Shown: in pieces, positions 8,798-18,387 of the stretch
How positions within the stretch are numbered: the first letter of the stretch is position 1
Layout: every line of letters starts with the position of its first letter
DNA from: Anaeromyxobacteraceae bacterium
GTDB lineage: Bacteria > Myxococcota > Myxococcia > Myxococcales > Anaeromyxobacteraceae
Length of the DNA: 64,000 bases
Direction: 5' to 3'
Assembly (NCBI GenBank): GCA_047602405.1
Contig: JASGHJ010000002.1
Location: 2,432,001-2,496,000, forward strand
The notes under the pieces: model-generated
Seen by the model: the letters and a program-made list of their open reading frames with translations, nothing else
Told to the model about the DNA's origin: nothing
Database searches by the model: none
Program-made: the position numbers and the translations under genes

Positions 8798-9922
8798 ATG
8801 CCCCGCCACCGCCTCGCGGCGCTCGCCGCAGCCCTCGCCGCGTCCGCCTGCTCGTCGGACACCGCCTCCCTGACCCCGCTCGCCTGGGAGAAGGTGCCGG
8901 GGTCGGGGGCCGCGGGCGCCCTCGTCGACCTCGGCGCGGCCGGCGCCTTCGACGAGCGCGGGGTGTTCACCGTGAGCACGCTCGTGCACGACGGCGAGGT
9001 CTTGCTCTACTACGGCGGCGCCGACGCGACCGGCGACGCGGCGTGCCCGGGCATCAACGACGCTCGCTGGCGCCCCGGCCTCGCCCGGTCCGTCGACGGC
9101 GTGCACTTCACGCGGGTGGCCGGCGACGGCCCGGGCGGCGCGCTCCTCGACGTGGGCGCCGCGGGCAGCTTCGACTCGTTCCTCGCCTACCGCCCGTTCG
9201 TGCTCGAGGACGGCGGGACCTTCCGCATGTGGTTCAACGGCTCGACGAAGCCGTTCAACTGCCCCACCGGCACGCTCGCGAACGACCGGCGCGTGGGGTA
9301 CGCGGAGTCGACCGACGGCGTGCACTGGACCAAGCGGTACGACGGCGACGGCCCGGGCGGCAGCGTCCTCCCGCTCGGCGCGCAGGGCGAGTTCGACGCG
9401 CAGCAGGTCGGGTACGTCTGGGTGATGAAGGACGGCGCCGGGTACCGGATGTACTACTCGGCGAACGACGTCCTCAACTACTGGCGGGTCGGGCTGGCGG
9501 TGTCGACCGACGCGCGCCACTGGACGAAGGTGCGCGGCAAGGGGGCCACCGGCGCGGTGCTCGACCTCGGTGGCGACGGCGAGTTCGACGCCGCCTGCGC
9601 CTACCAGCCCACCGTGGTGAAGGAGCGGGCCGACCTCTGGCGCATGTGGTACCGCGCCTGCGCCCAGCCCGGACCGGCCGGCGGGCCGAGCCGCGGCGAG
9701 ATTGGCTACGCCGAGTCGAACGACGGCGTCACCTGGGTGAAGCTCCCCCAGCCCACCACCGCGAGCGGCGCCGCGCTGACGATGGGCGGGACGGGCGCCT
9801 TCGACTCGGTCGGGCTCACGACACCCTCCGCGTTCCTCCAGGGCGACACCTGGAACCTGTACTACGCGGGCTTCGACGCGACCGGGCGGTTCCTGCCCGG
9901 GCTGGCGAGGGCGCCGCGGTGA
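8798..9922 (+). CDS. Five-bladed beta-propeller glycosidase-like lipoprotein (GH32/43/130 clan-like)
   Basis: Lipobox ASAC; repeated G.FD...P.V....G..RMWY....GYAES.DG..W.K blades. Confidence 0.75.
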   Translation: MPRHRLAALAAALAASACSSDTASLTPLAWEKVPGSGAAGALVDLGAAGAFDERGVFTVSTLVHDGEVLLYYGGADATGDAACPGINDARWRPGLARSVDGVHFTRVAGDGPGGALLDVGAAGSFDSFLAYRPFVLEDGGTFRMWFNGSTKPFNCPTGTLANDRRVGYAESTDGVHWTKRYDGDGPGGSVLPLGAQGEFDAQQVGYVWVMKDGAGYRMYYSANDVLNYWRVGLAVSTDARHWTKVRGKGATGAVLDLGGDGEFDAACAYQPTVVKERADLWRMWYRACAQPGPAGGPSRGEIGYAESNDGVTWVKLPQPTTASGAALTMGGTGAFDSVGLTTPSAFLQGDTWNLYYAGFDATGRFLPGLARAPR

Positions 9923-10677
9923 GGCTCCTGGCCGCGCTCGCCGCGACGCTCGCGCTCGCCGGTCCCGCGCGGGCGCAGACGATGCTCGACCAGGAGCAGC
10001 GGCTCATCGACATCCACTCCCTCCTCCTCGATCTCCCGGCCGTGCAGGCCCCGGGCGCGCTCGCGGCGGGCGAGCTCTCCGCCTCCGTGGAGCTCGTCAC
10101 CATCCCCACCATCGACGGGACGACCGGCTCGAAGCGGCAGATCACCGCGTCCGACCGGACCCCGGTGTTCCCCCGCCCCCGGCTGGCCCTCGGCCTCCCC
10201 CTCGGGGACCGGCTGCGCGCCTTCCTGGGCGGCGCGTACATCCCGCCGGTCCGCATCAACGAGGTCTCGACGCACGACCTGTCGGCGGAGGCAGGCGTCG
10301 CGCTCTCGGCCGGCTGGCTGCGGGCCGGGCTGCGGCTGCACGGGATCCTGGCGCGCTCGTCGTCCCCGGTGACCGACCCCGCGACGCGGGATGTCCTCAC
10401 CACGAGGATGGGCGGCGCGGAGGTCTCGATCGGCGCGAGCCTCGCCGCCGGCCCCGTACTCCGCGTGGAGCCCTACGCCTCGGCCGGGGTCGTCTCGCTG
10501 CGCGGGCGGTTCCGCGTGACGAGCGACGGGAACGTCCTCACGAGCCGCCACACCGGCCCGGCGCTGGCCGCCGGCGCCCGCCTGCTCGTGCGAGGCCGCC
10601 TCGAGCTCGCGGGCGAGGTGAACGCCTATCCCGGCCGGCTCGTGCACCCCGCCCTGCGCGCCGGCTGGGTCTTCTGA
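9919..10677 (+). CDS. Hypothetical secreted / outer-membrane beta-barrel protein
   Basis: GTG at 9919 overlaps upstream TGA; signal peptide ...PARA|Q; C-terminal LRAGWVF beta-signal. Confidence 0.7.
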   Translation: MRLLAALAATLALAGPARAQTMLDQEQRLIDIHSLLLDLPAVQAPGALAAGELSASVELVTIPTIDGTTGSKRQITASDRTPVFPRPRLALGLPLGDRLRAFLGGAYIPPVRINEVSTHDLSAEAGVALSAGWLRAGLRLHGILARSSSPVTDPATRDVLTTRMGGAEVSIGASLAAGPVLRVEPYASAGVVSLRGRFRVTSDGNVLTSRHTGPALAAGARLLVRGRLELAGEVNAYPGRLVHPALRAGWVF

Positions 10678-10689
10678 CGCGGGCCCCCC

Positions 10690-11307
10690 ATGACCGGCCT
10701 CCTCCCCGCCCTGCTCCTCCTCGCCGCCCAGGCGAACCCGGTGACGCTGCACGCCGGCCCCGGCGACGGGCGCCTCGTGATCCACGCCTTCAAGAAGGGG
10801 CTCTTCTCGGCGTTCGCGCACGACCACGCGTTCGAGGCCGGAGCGTTCTCCGTGCGCGCCGTCCTCCCCGACGGCGATCCGGTGCGCGCCGAGGTCGAGG
10901 TCGTCGTGGACGCGCGGACGCTCGAGGACCACGCGGAGGGGCTCTCGGCGGCCAACCGCCGGAAGGTCTCGGCGCAGGCGCGCGGTCCGGAGCACCTCGA
11001 CGCGGAGCGCTTCCCCGAGGTGCGCTGGACCTGCGAGGGGCTGGCGCTCGACCCGCCGGGCCCGGAGGGCGTGCGCGCGGGCCGCGCCCGCGGCGTGCTG
11101 GACCTGCATGGCGTGCGGCGGCCGGTGGTCCTCGAGGTCGAGCTCGAGCCCGAGGGCGGACGCTGGCGCGTCCGGGCGCACGGCAAGTTCCGCCAGAGCG
11201 AGTTCGGCGTGCACCCCTTCTCCGGGATGGGCGGCGCCCTGGCGGTGAAGGACGAGGTGGAGCTCGAGGTGTCGCTCACCCTCGGCGCCGCGGCCGCCGC
11301 CCCCTGA
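10690..11307 (+). CDS. YceI family lipid/polyisoprenoid-binding protein
   Basis: AHDH, LDAERFPEV, GVLDLHGVRRPV, FRQSEFGVHP, VKDEVEL. Confidence 0.85.
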   Translation: MTGLLPALLLLAAQANPVTLHAGPGDGRLVIHAFKKGLFSAFAHDHAFEAGAFSVRAVLPDGDPVRAEVEVVVDARTLEDHAEGLSAANRRKVSAQARGPEHLDAERFPEVRWTCEGLALDPPGPEGVRAGRARGVLDLHGVRRPVVLEVELEPEGGRWRVRAHGKFRQSEFGVHPFSGMGGALAVKDEVELEVSLTLGAAAAAP

Positions 11308-11399
11308 GCCCGCCGCGCCTGCGGGCGGACCGGAGCCGGCTCGCCCGCTGCGACCACGACCGCGGTTGCGCAGGTTGATCGGTCTCGAGGGAGGGGACC

Positions 11400-11870
11400 A
11401 TGCGCAAGAAGCGGTCGGGTGGGAGCTGGACGGCGTTTCTCCTGGGCGCGGGCATCGGGGCGCTCGCGATGGCGCTCCTCGACCCGCGGAGCGGGAGGGC
11501 GCGGCGGGCGCGGCTGTCCGAGAAGACGGGCGCCCTCGGCCGGCAGGCCGCGAAGGAGGCCCGGCACCGGACCCAGGACGCCGCCCAGCGCGCGCAGGGC
11601 CGCCGGCACGAGCTCGAGCACCGGGACGAGGAGGTCACCGACGCGCTCCTCGTCGAGCGGGTCCGGGCCCAGCTCGGCAAGCGCACCCACCACGCGCGGG
11701 CGATCGAGGTCCGCGCCGGGCACGGCCGGGTCGTCCTCTCCGGCCCCGTCCTCCGCGCCGACCTCGACGGGGTCGTCGAGATCGTCGGCAAGATCCGGGG
11801 CGTGAAGGGGATCGACAACCGGCTCGACGTTCACGACCAGCCGGGGGACGAGCCGCGGCTGCAGGGGTAG
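11400..11870 (+). CDS. YtxH-like membrane anchor + BON domain protein
   Basis: GAGIGALAMALLDPRSGRARR; DALLVERVRAQL...GRVVLSG...IRGVKGIDNRL. Confidence 0.85.
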   Translation: MRKKRSGGSWTAFLLGAGIGALAMALLDPRSGRARRARLSEKTGALGRQAAKEARHRTQDAAQRAQGRRHELEHRDEEVTDALLVERVRAQLGKRTHHARAIEVRAGHGRVVLSGPVLRADLDGVVEIVGKIRGVKGIDNRLDVHDQPGDEPRLQG

Positions 11871-11892
11871 CCGTCCCTCGACCGGCGCCGGC

Positions 11893-12366
11893 TCACGGCG
11901 AACGGGCCGGACGGGACCGGGCGCCGAGCACCGCGCCGAAGACGAGGTGCGAGCCCAGCATGGCCGAGGGCCGGCCGGCGCGGTCCCGGTGCGGCGGGGC
12001 GAGGAGCCCGAGCGCCGGGATCCAGCCCGCATAGCTCGCCGCCCAGACGAGCCCGCCGTACGCGCAGCCGAGCGCGACCGCCGCAGGGAGCGCGCGCGGG
12101 GTCCGCCCCGCCGCCTCGAACAGCGCGCCCGCGGCGGCGCCGAAGCCGAGGTGTGCGAGGAGCGAGAGCGCGTTCACGGCCGCCTCCGGCGTGTGGCGCC
12201 GGAGACCCGCCGCGCCGAGCGCGCGCTCGACGAGGTGCCTGGGTGGCGGCTTCCCCAGGAGCCCCGCCCGCCGCGCGCCCCACATCGCGGCGCTCATCAC
12301 CCCCGTCGCGACGACCCCGTCCCAGGCGCCCGCGAGCGCCCTCCGCACCCGCCCGTTCTCTCGCAT
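11893..12366 (-). CDS. Hypothetical membrane protein
   Basis: ATGVMSA, AHLGFGAAAG, YAGWIPALG, SHLVFG; 4 hydrophobic segments. Confidence 0.7.
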   Translation of the reverse strand: MRENGRVRRALAGAWDGVVATGVMSAAMWGARRAGLLGKPPPRHLVERALGAAGLRRHTPEAAVNALSLLAHLGFGAAAGALFEAAGRTPRALPAAVALGCAYGGLVWAASYAGWIPALGLLAPPHRDRAGRPSAMLGSHLVFGAVLGARSRPARSP

Positions 12367-12476
12367 CTCGAAGCCCCCTGCGGACGATGCGCCCCGGGTC
12401 CGCGCGCCGCCACCGCGACGACGGGCGCGGGTGACGCCCTTCCCCCGGGCGGCCCATACCCGGTAGGGTACGCCGC

Positions 12477-14984
12477 GTGCCGGGCCCCTCCTCCACCTCC
12501 AGCCGCCCCGTCGAGCTGCTCGCCCCCGCGGGCGGGCTCGAGGCCGGCCTCGCCGCGCTCCAGTACGGGGCCGACGCGGTCTACCTCGGCCTGAAGCGCT
12601 ACTCGGCGCGCGCCGACGCCCAGAACTTCACGCTCGACGAGCTCGACCGGTTCCTCGGGCACGCGCGGACGCTCGCGCCCCGGCGCCGGGCCTTCGTCGC
12701 CGTGAACACGCTCGTCCTCGACGGCGAGCTCGAGGGGCTCGTCGACACGCTGGGCGACCTCGCCGACCTCGGCGTCGACGCGATCATCGTGCAGGACCTC
12801 GGGGTCGCCCGGCTCGCCCGGCGGTACTTCCCCGAGCTCGAGCTCCACGCGAGCACGCAGCTCGCCGCGCACTCGCGCGCCGGCGTCGAGACGCTCCGCG
12901 ACCTCGGCTTCGCGCGCGTCACGCTCGCCCGGGAGATGACGCTCGACGAGATCCGGGACGCGGCCTCGGTCCCCGGCTGCGAGGTCGAGACGTTCCTCCA
13001 CGGCGCGCTCTGCTACGCGTACAGCGGGCTGTGCCTCTTCTCCTCCCACGTCGTGGGGCGGAGCGGCAACCGCGGCTCCTGCGCCTACCCGTGCCGCGAC
13101 CGCTGGGAGGTCACCTCCCTCGACGGCGCGCCGTTGCCGGCGGGGATGGAGAGCGGCTTCGCCTTCTCGATGAAGGACCTCGCCCTGCCCGACCACGTCG
13201 AGAAGCTGCGCGACGCCGGCGTGGCCTGCCTCAAGATCGAGGGGCGCAAGAAGGCCCCCACCTACGTCGCCGCGACGGTGGACTTCTACCGGCGCGTGCT
13301 CGACGGGACGATGCCGCCCGGGGAGCGCCCCGCCCGCGAGGCCGACCTCCAGGCCACCTTCGCGCGGCCGTGGACGACGCTCTACCTCGACTCGCACCAG
13401 GCCAAGGACGTCGCCGACCGCGACGTCGTCGGCCACCGCGGCGCCCCGCTCGGGAAGCTCGAGGCGGTGGTGCGCGCGCCCGACGGCGCGGCGGTGCGCT
13501 TCCGCACGGCGCACCCCCTCCAGCGCCACGACGGCCTGCAGGTCGAGGTGCCCGGCCTCGACCGGCCCTTCGGCTTCGGCGTGCAGACGCTGCGGGTGGT
13601 GAACCGCGGCAAGGCGGCGGACGCGTTCGAGGCGCCCGCCGGCGCGCTCGTCGAGGTGCCGCTGCCGGAGGAGGGGTACCCCACCCTGCCCATCGGCGCG
13701 CAGGTCTCGCTCTCCTCGTCGCAGGCGGTGAAGCTCCGCTACCGCGTGGAGGCGCCCAACCTCGGCGCGCAGCGCATCCGCCGCCCGATGCGGGTCGAGG
13801 CAGCCGTCTCCGCCGGCGGGCTGGAGCTCGCGGCGACGGCCGAGCTCGCCCCGGGCCGGACCGTGCACGCCGCCGTCGAGGTGCCCGGCCCGCTCGAGCC
13901 CGCCCGCGACGCCGCGAAGATGGCGGCGAGCGCCCGGGCCTCCTTCGAGAAGCTCGGCGACACGCGCTTCAGGCTCGAGGCCCTCGACTGGCGTGACCCG
14001 GCCGGTCTCTTCGTGCCCGTCTCGCGGCTCAACGAGGCCCGCCGCGCGCTCGCCGACGCGCTGTCCGCCGCGATCACCACGGACGTGAAGGCCCGGGCCG
14101 CCGCCGCCCTGGCCGGGCTCACCGCACCGCCGGCGCCCGCCCAGGAGGGGCCGTTCCGGCTCACGCTCAAGGTCGACCGCCTCGAGACGCTGGACGCCTT
14201 CGAGCCCGCGGACCTCGAGGCGGCCGAGGACGTGGTGGTGGACCTGGGCCCCCTGCCGCTGCGCGGCCTCGCGGAGCGGCTCGAGGCGCTCGCCGCGAAG
14301 GCGGGCCGCGAGCGCCTGCGGCTCGGGCTGCCGCTCATCGTGCGGGGCTGGGAGGAGAAGGCGCTCCGGGCGCGCATCGACGCGCTCCGGGCCGCGGGGT
14401 TCCGGCGCTGGGAGCTCACCGGCGCCGCGTCCTGGGCGCTCCTGGGCATCCGGCCCGGGGAGCCCACCGACCTCGACCTCACCTCCGACTGGAGCCTCCA
14501 CGTCGTGAACCGCGCCGCGGCCGGGACGCTCGCGGAGCTCGGGGTCGGCCGGGTGACGCTGTCGACCGAGGACGACCGCGGGAACCTCTCCGCGCTCCTC
14601 GGCCGGCTCGGCGACCGGGCCGCGGTGGTCGTGTACGAGGACTCGCCGCTCTTCATCTCGGAGTCCTGCCCTTACGCGAACCTCGCGGGCGGCTGCCCGG
14701 GCCCGGCGAGCTGCACCTTCGAGGAGATGGAGCTCACCTCCTCGCACGGCGGGAAGGCGACCGTGGTGAACGAGCGGTGCCGCTCCTTCACGCTCAACGA
14801 CGCCCCCTACAACCTGTCGCCCAGGCTCTCCGCCCTGCGCGAGGCCGGCGCCCGCCACCTGCGCGTCCACCTCGTCCACAGAAAGTACCCGCCCGCGCGC
14901 GCGGTCGAGGTCTGGCGCGCGCTCGTGCGCGGCGAGGTCGTGACCCCGGGGCACACCGGGACGTTCGACCGCGAGGGCTGGTAG
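12477..14984 (+). CDS. Peptidase U32 family protein with DUF3656 (RlhA-like RNA hydroxylation protein)
   Basis: ELLAPAG, GADAVYLG, LHASTQ, HGALCYAYSGLC, GRSGNRGSCAYPCR, LKIEGRKK; C-terminal KLGDTRF. Confidence 0.9.
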   Translation: MPGPSSTSSRPVELLAPAGGLEAGLAALQYGADAVYLGLKRYSARADAQNFTLDELDRFLGHARTLAPRRRAFVAVNTLVLDGELEGLVDTLGDLADLGVDAIIVQDLGVARLARRYFPELELHASTQLAAHSRAGVETLRDLGFARVTLAREMTLDEIRDAASVPGCEVETFLHGALCYAYSGLCLFSSHVVGRSGNRGSCAYPCRDRWEVTSLDGAPLPAGMESGFAFSMKDLALPDHVEKLRDAGVACLKIEGRKKAPTYVAATVDFYRRVLDGTMPPGERPAREADLQATFARPWTTLYLDSHQAKDVADRDVVGHRGAPLGKLEAVVRAPDGAAVRFRTAHPLQRHDGLQVEVPGLDRPFGFGVQTLRVVNRGKAADAFEAPAGALVEVPLPEEGYPTLPIGAQVSLSSSQAVKLRYRVEAPNLGAQRIRRPMRVEAAVSAGGLELAATAELAPGRTVHAAVEVPGPLEPARDAAKMAASARASFEKLGDTRFRLEALDWRDPAGLFVPVSRLNEARRALADALSAAITTDVKARAAAALAGLTAPPAPAQEGPFRLTLKVDRLETLDAFEPADLEAAEDVVVDLGPLPLRGLAERLEALAAKAGRERLRLGLPLIVRGWEEKALRARIDALRAAGFRRWELTGAASWALLGIRPGEPTDLDLTSDWSLHVVNRAAAGTLAELGVGRVTLSTEDDRGNLSALLGRLGDRAAVVVYEDSPLFISESCPYANLAGGCPGPASCTFEEMELTSSHGGKATVVNERCRSFTLNDAPYNLSPRLSALREAGARHLRVHLVHRKYPPARAVEVWRALVRGEVVTPGHTGTFDREGW

Positions 14985-14990
14985 GCGGCC

Positions 14991-15716
14991 TCAGGGACCG
15001 GAGCGGAACCGGGGCTCCCAGCCCAGGTCGCGGGCCGCCTTCTCGATGGCCACGTCCCCGTCCGGCTCCGCCACGTTGTAGACGCCGGGCGAACCACGAT
15101 CGATCGCGAGCAGCGCCGCCCTCGCCGCGGCCTCCACGTGCAGGGGCATCCGGTGCGGGGCGTCGAAGCCGGTCCCCGGCCCGTAGAGCCGGCCGTACCG
15201 CAGGACGATCCCCTGGAGCGGCGCCCCGAGCACCTGCCGCTCGAGGCTCAGCACGCCCTCCACCGTGCGGCCCATGGCCGGGTCCGAGGCGGGGAGGAGG
15301 GGCGCGTCCTCGCGCCAGGGCCGCGGGCCCGCCGCGTAGACGAAGGCGAGGCTCTGGGCGACGAGCCGGCGCGCGCCCGCGGCCACCGCCGCGGCGACGA
15401 GGTTCCGGGTCCCCTCCTCGCGCAGCCGCGCGTTCCGTTCGAGCGCGCCGCCCATCCGCGCCGGGTCGAGCGCGGGCGGCAGATCCGTGAGCTGGTGGAA
15501 GACCACCTCGGGCCGCGCCTCCGAGACGGCCCGCGAGAGCGCCGGTGCGTCGAAGACGTCGAGGACGACCGGCTCGATGCCGAGCGCACGCAGCGCCGCG
15601 ACCTTCGCGGGCACGCGCGTGGTGCCCACCACCCGGAAGCCGGCCGCGACGAGCTGGAGCGACAGGGGGCGGCCGACGGCGCCCGAGGCGCCCGCGAGGA
15701 ACACGGTCCGGAGCAT
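14991..15716 (-). CDS. NAD-dependent epimerase/dehydratase
   Basis: VFLAGASGAVG Rossmann motif; HQLTDLP; LRYGRLYGPGT. Confidence 0.9.
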   Translation of the reverse strand: MLRTVFLAGASGAVGRPLSLQLVAAGFRVVGTTRVPAKVAALRALGIEPVVLDVFDAPALSRAVSEARPEVVFHQLTDLPPALDPARMGGALERNARLREEGTRNLVAAAVAAGARRLVAQSLAFVYAAGPRPWREDAPLLPASDPAMGRTVEGVLSLERQVLGAPLQGIVLRYGRLYGPGTGFDAPHRMPLHVEAAARAALLAIDRGSPGVYNVAEPDGDVAIEKAARDLGWEPRFRSGP

Positions 15717-15829
15717 GCGGCATCCTCACCTCTCGGGGCCCGCTCCGCCGCGGCCCGCACGGGGCGCGCAGGCGGCAGGCAGGCGCACGGAGGGCCGCTC
15801 GTCCGCCCGGCCGCTCGCCCGGGAGCCGG

Positions 15830-15973
15830 TCAGCGGTTCAAGAGGTTCAGCACGAGCGACTTGCGGCCGCCCGAGAGCTGGCGCTCCTGCTCCCGCCGGC
15901 GCGCCCGGGCGCGCGCGCCGAGGACCACGGCGAGGAGGATGAGCGGGGCGGCGATGGCGGCGGGGACCCACAT
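15830..15973 (-). CDS. Small single-TM protein (47 aa), paralog of 43149..43298
   Basis: MWVPAAIAAPLILLAVVLGARARARRREQERQLSGGRKSLVLNLLNR; TM + basic tail; motif shared with second copy. Confidence 0.7.
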   Translation of the reverse strand: MWVPAAIAAPLILLAVVLGARARARRREQERQLSGGRKSLVLNLLNR

Positions 15974-16011
15974 GCCCGGGAGAACATCCGCGCGCGCGCG
16001 GACCTTCCCGG

Positions 16012-16995
16012 TCAGCGGTTCACGTCGACCACGAGCCGCCCGCGCACGCTCCCGCCGAGGAGCTGCGCCGCGGCCGGGATGGCCTCGGCGAGGCCGATCT
16101 CCCGGGTCATCCGCTCGAGGTGCGCGGGGGCGAGATCGGCGGCGAGCCGCCGCCAGGCCACCTCGCGCTGGGCCCGCGGCACGAGGACGCTGTTCACGCC
16201 GTAGAGCGTGACGCCGCGGAGGATGAAGGGCGCCACCGTGGACGGGAAGTCCATGCCCTGCGCGAGCCCGCAGGCGGCCACCGCGCCGTTCGCGCGCGTC
16301 GTCGCGCAGGCGTTCGCGAGCGTGTGGCTGCCGACCGAGTCGACGACGCCGGCCCAGCGCTCCTTGCCGAGCGGCTTCCCCGGCGCCGAGAGCTCGGCGC
16401 GGTCGATGATCGCGGCGGCCCCGAGCGCCTTCAGGTAGTCCGCCTCCGCCACGCGGCCCGTGGAGGCCACCACCCGGTATCCGAGCTTCGCGAGCACGCT
16501 CACCGCGACCGAGCCCACCCCGCCCGCGGCTCCGGTCACGAGGACCTCGCCGTCGCCGGGCGCGAGGCCGTGGCGCTCGAGGGCGAGCACGCAGAGCATG
16601 GCGGTGAAGCCGGCCGTGCCGACCGCCGCCGCCTGGCGCGTGGTGAGCGAGGCCGGGACCCGGACCAGCCAGCCGCCCTTCACCCGCGCCTTCTGCGCGA
16701 GCCCGCCCCAGTGCGACTCGCCCACGCCCCAGCCGTTCAGGACGACCCGGTCGCCCGGCTTCCAGTCCGGGTCGCCGCTCGTCTCCACGACCCCGGAGAG
16801 ATCGATGCCCGGGACCATCGGCCACGCGCGCACGATCGGCGAGCGGCCGGTGATGGCGAGGGCGTCCTTGTAGTTGAGCGTCGAGTACTCGACCTTCACG
16901 ACCACGTCGCCCGCGGGCAGCTGCGCCTCGTCGAGCGACGTGATCGCGGCGTGGGTCTCGTTCCCGGACTTCGTGAGGAGGATTCCCTGGGTCAT
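16012..16995 (-). CDS. acuI: MDR-family oxidoreductase (AcuI/YhdH, acryloyl-CoA reductase-like)
   Basis: [45 protein letters not shown]. Confidence 0.9.
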   Translation of the reverse strand: MTQGILLTKSGNETHAAITSLDEAQLPAGDVVVKVEYSTLNYKDALAITGRSPIVRAWPMVPGIDLSGVVETSGDPDWKPGDRVVLNGWGVGESHWGGLAQKARVKGGWLVRVPASLTTRQAAAVGTAGFTAMLCVLALERHGLAPGDGEVLVTGAAGGVGSVAVSVLAKLGYRVVASTGRVAEADYLKALGAAAIIDRAELSAPGKPLGKERWAGVVDSVGSHTLANACATTRANGAVAACGLAQGMDFPSTVAPFILRGVTLYGVNSVLVPRAQREVAWRRLAADLAPAHLERMTREIGLAEAIPAAAQLLGGSVRGRLVVDVNR

Positions 16996-17015
16996 GGCCC
17001 GGGGATTCTACTCCC

Positions 17016-17288
17016 CTACTCCTCGTGCGGCTCGAACCAGAACTTCTTGTGCGTCAGCTCCGGCGCTTCCTTCGTGATCTCGTTCGAGTCGTTCTTCATC
17101 GCCTTCAGCACCGTGTGCATGTACTCGGTGCGGAGGTGGTCCTGCAGGAAGATGAGGGCCTCCTTCTCGTCCGCCCACCCGTGCTCGCGCGGGTAGTGCG
17201 CCATGAGGAACTCGCGCAGATCCACCACCTTGAGCTTGCGCTTCTCGATGGTGGTCCACTCCTTGGTCATTCCGAGGACGATCTTCAT
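17016..17288 (-). CDS. Hypothetical protein (90 aa)
   Basis: AGGAG RBS upstream, natural amino-acid composition, strong GC3 bias. Confidence 0.75.
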   Translation of the reverse strand: MKIVLGMTKEWTTIEKRKLKVVDLREFLMAHYPREHGWADEKEALIFLQDHLRTEYMHTVLKAMKNDSNEITKEAPELTHKKFWFEPHEE

Positions 17289-17444
17289 GCCTTGCTCCTA
17301 CCCCTGAACGCGCCGGACTTCCAGCGCAGAGGTGACCCGGGGGCGACCCCGCGCCCGGGGCGCGGGGCGCGATCCCCTGGAGGAGGCAAGAGCCGAGCTT
17401 CACTGGCGTTTGTCGCGGGAGGCGGGCCGGTATTCGCGCCCGCC

Positions 17445-18323
17445 TCAGTCGCGGACCGGCCAGACGCCGTGCGCCTCGTTCCACGACACGTCCGAGTAGA
17501 GGCCCGACGGGAGCTCGATGATCCCGTAGATGCCGGTGCAGGTCGAGAACGTCGTCCAGTACGCGATCGGCCGCAGGTTCAGGAAGGCGGCCTCCGCCGC
17601 GCCGCCGGCCGCCGCGAGGTCCGCGGCGAGCAGGCGCAGGGCCCCGTCGTCGGGGATCTGCCAGTCGCCCGGGGCGGAGCCGTCGGAGAGCCCGCAGGCC
17701 CCCGCGCCGAGCGAGCCGGTCCACTGGAGCGCCGCGAGGTAGGGCAGGACGCCCGCGGCGCGCTCGACGCCCCCCAGCGTCTCCAGGCAGCGCGCGTCCC
17801 GGAGCCACCGCCGGGTGGCCACCGAGTCGGACACGGTCACGGTGCCGTCGCCGTTGTCGGTGATGGTGACGTCCTCGACCGGGGCGACGGGCGCGCACGC
17901 GCCGGAGGAGAGCACGTAACCCGCGTCGCACGCGTACGCGCACGACAGGGTGCAGCCGGCCTCGCAATCGCAGCCGTGCACGAGCACGTAGGGTGCGTCG
18001 CTCGCCGGGGACTGATCGGACGCGGCGCAGGGCGTGGCGTGCTCGGGGACCGCGCCGGTGCACACGCCGGCGGGCTGGCAGGTGCCACCCGACAGCGCGA
18101 AGCCGTCCGCGCAGGCGTAGGCGCAGGCGCCCGCGCCTGCACACGAGGTGACCAGGCTGCGAGGGGTGTCCGCCTCGAGGGCCCCCGTGCCGGGGCACGC
18201 GACGGCGTCCGCCGGCGCGGAGCCCGTGCACTCCGGCGACCGGAGGACCGGACGGTCGTGGCCGCCGCAGCCCCACGCGGCGAGCGTGGCGAGCACGACC
18301 AGGAGGCGAGCCGGGCGGACCAT
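17445..18323 (-). CDS. Cys-rich repeat lipoprotein with C-terminal DUF1566 (Lcl-like) domain
   Basis: Lipobox AWGC; two CTG..P..A..C...C.YAC..G..LS.G.C repeats; DNGDGTVT, GDWQIP, YWT, VWPVR. Confidence 0.75.
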   Translation of the reverse strand: MVRPARLLVVLATLAAWGCGGHDRPVLRSPECTGSAPADAVACPGTGALEADTPRSLVTSCAGAGACAYACADGFALSGGTCQPAGVCTGAVPEHATPCAASDQSPASDAPYVLVHGCDCEAGCTLSCAYACDAGYVLSSGACAPVAPVEDVTITDNGDGTVTVSDSVATRRWLRDARCLETLGGVERAAGVLPYLAALQWTGSLGAGACGLSDGSAPGDWQIPDDGALRLLAADLAAAGGAAEAAFLNLRPIAYWTTFSTCTGIYGIIELPSGLYSDVSWNEAHGVWPVRD

Positions 18324-18387
18324 GGCGGTCGCCCGCAGCATACGAGCCGGCCTGGCCGCCCGGCTGCGGTCGAAGGCCGCGCCCCGT

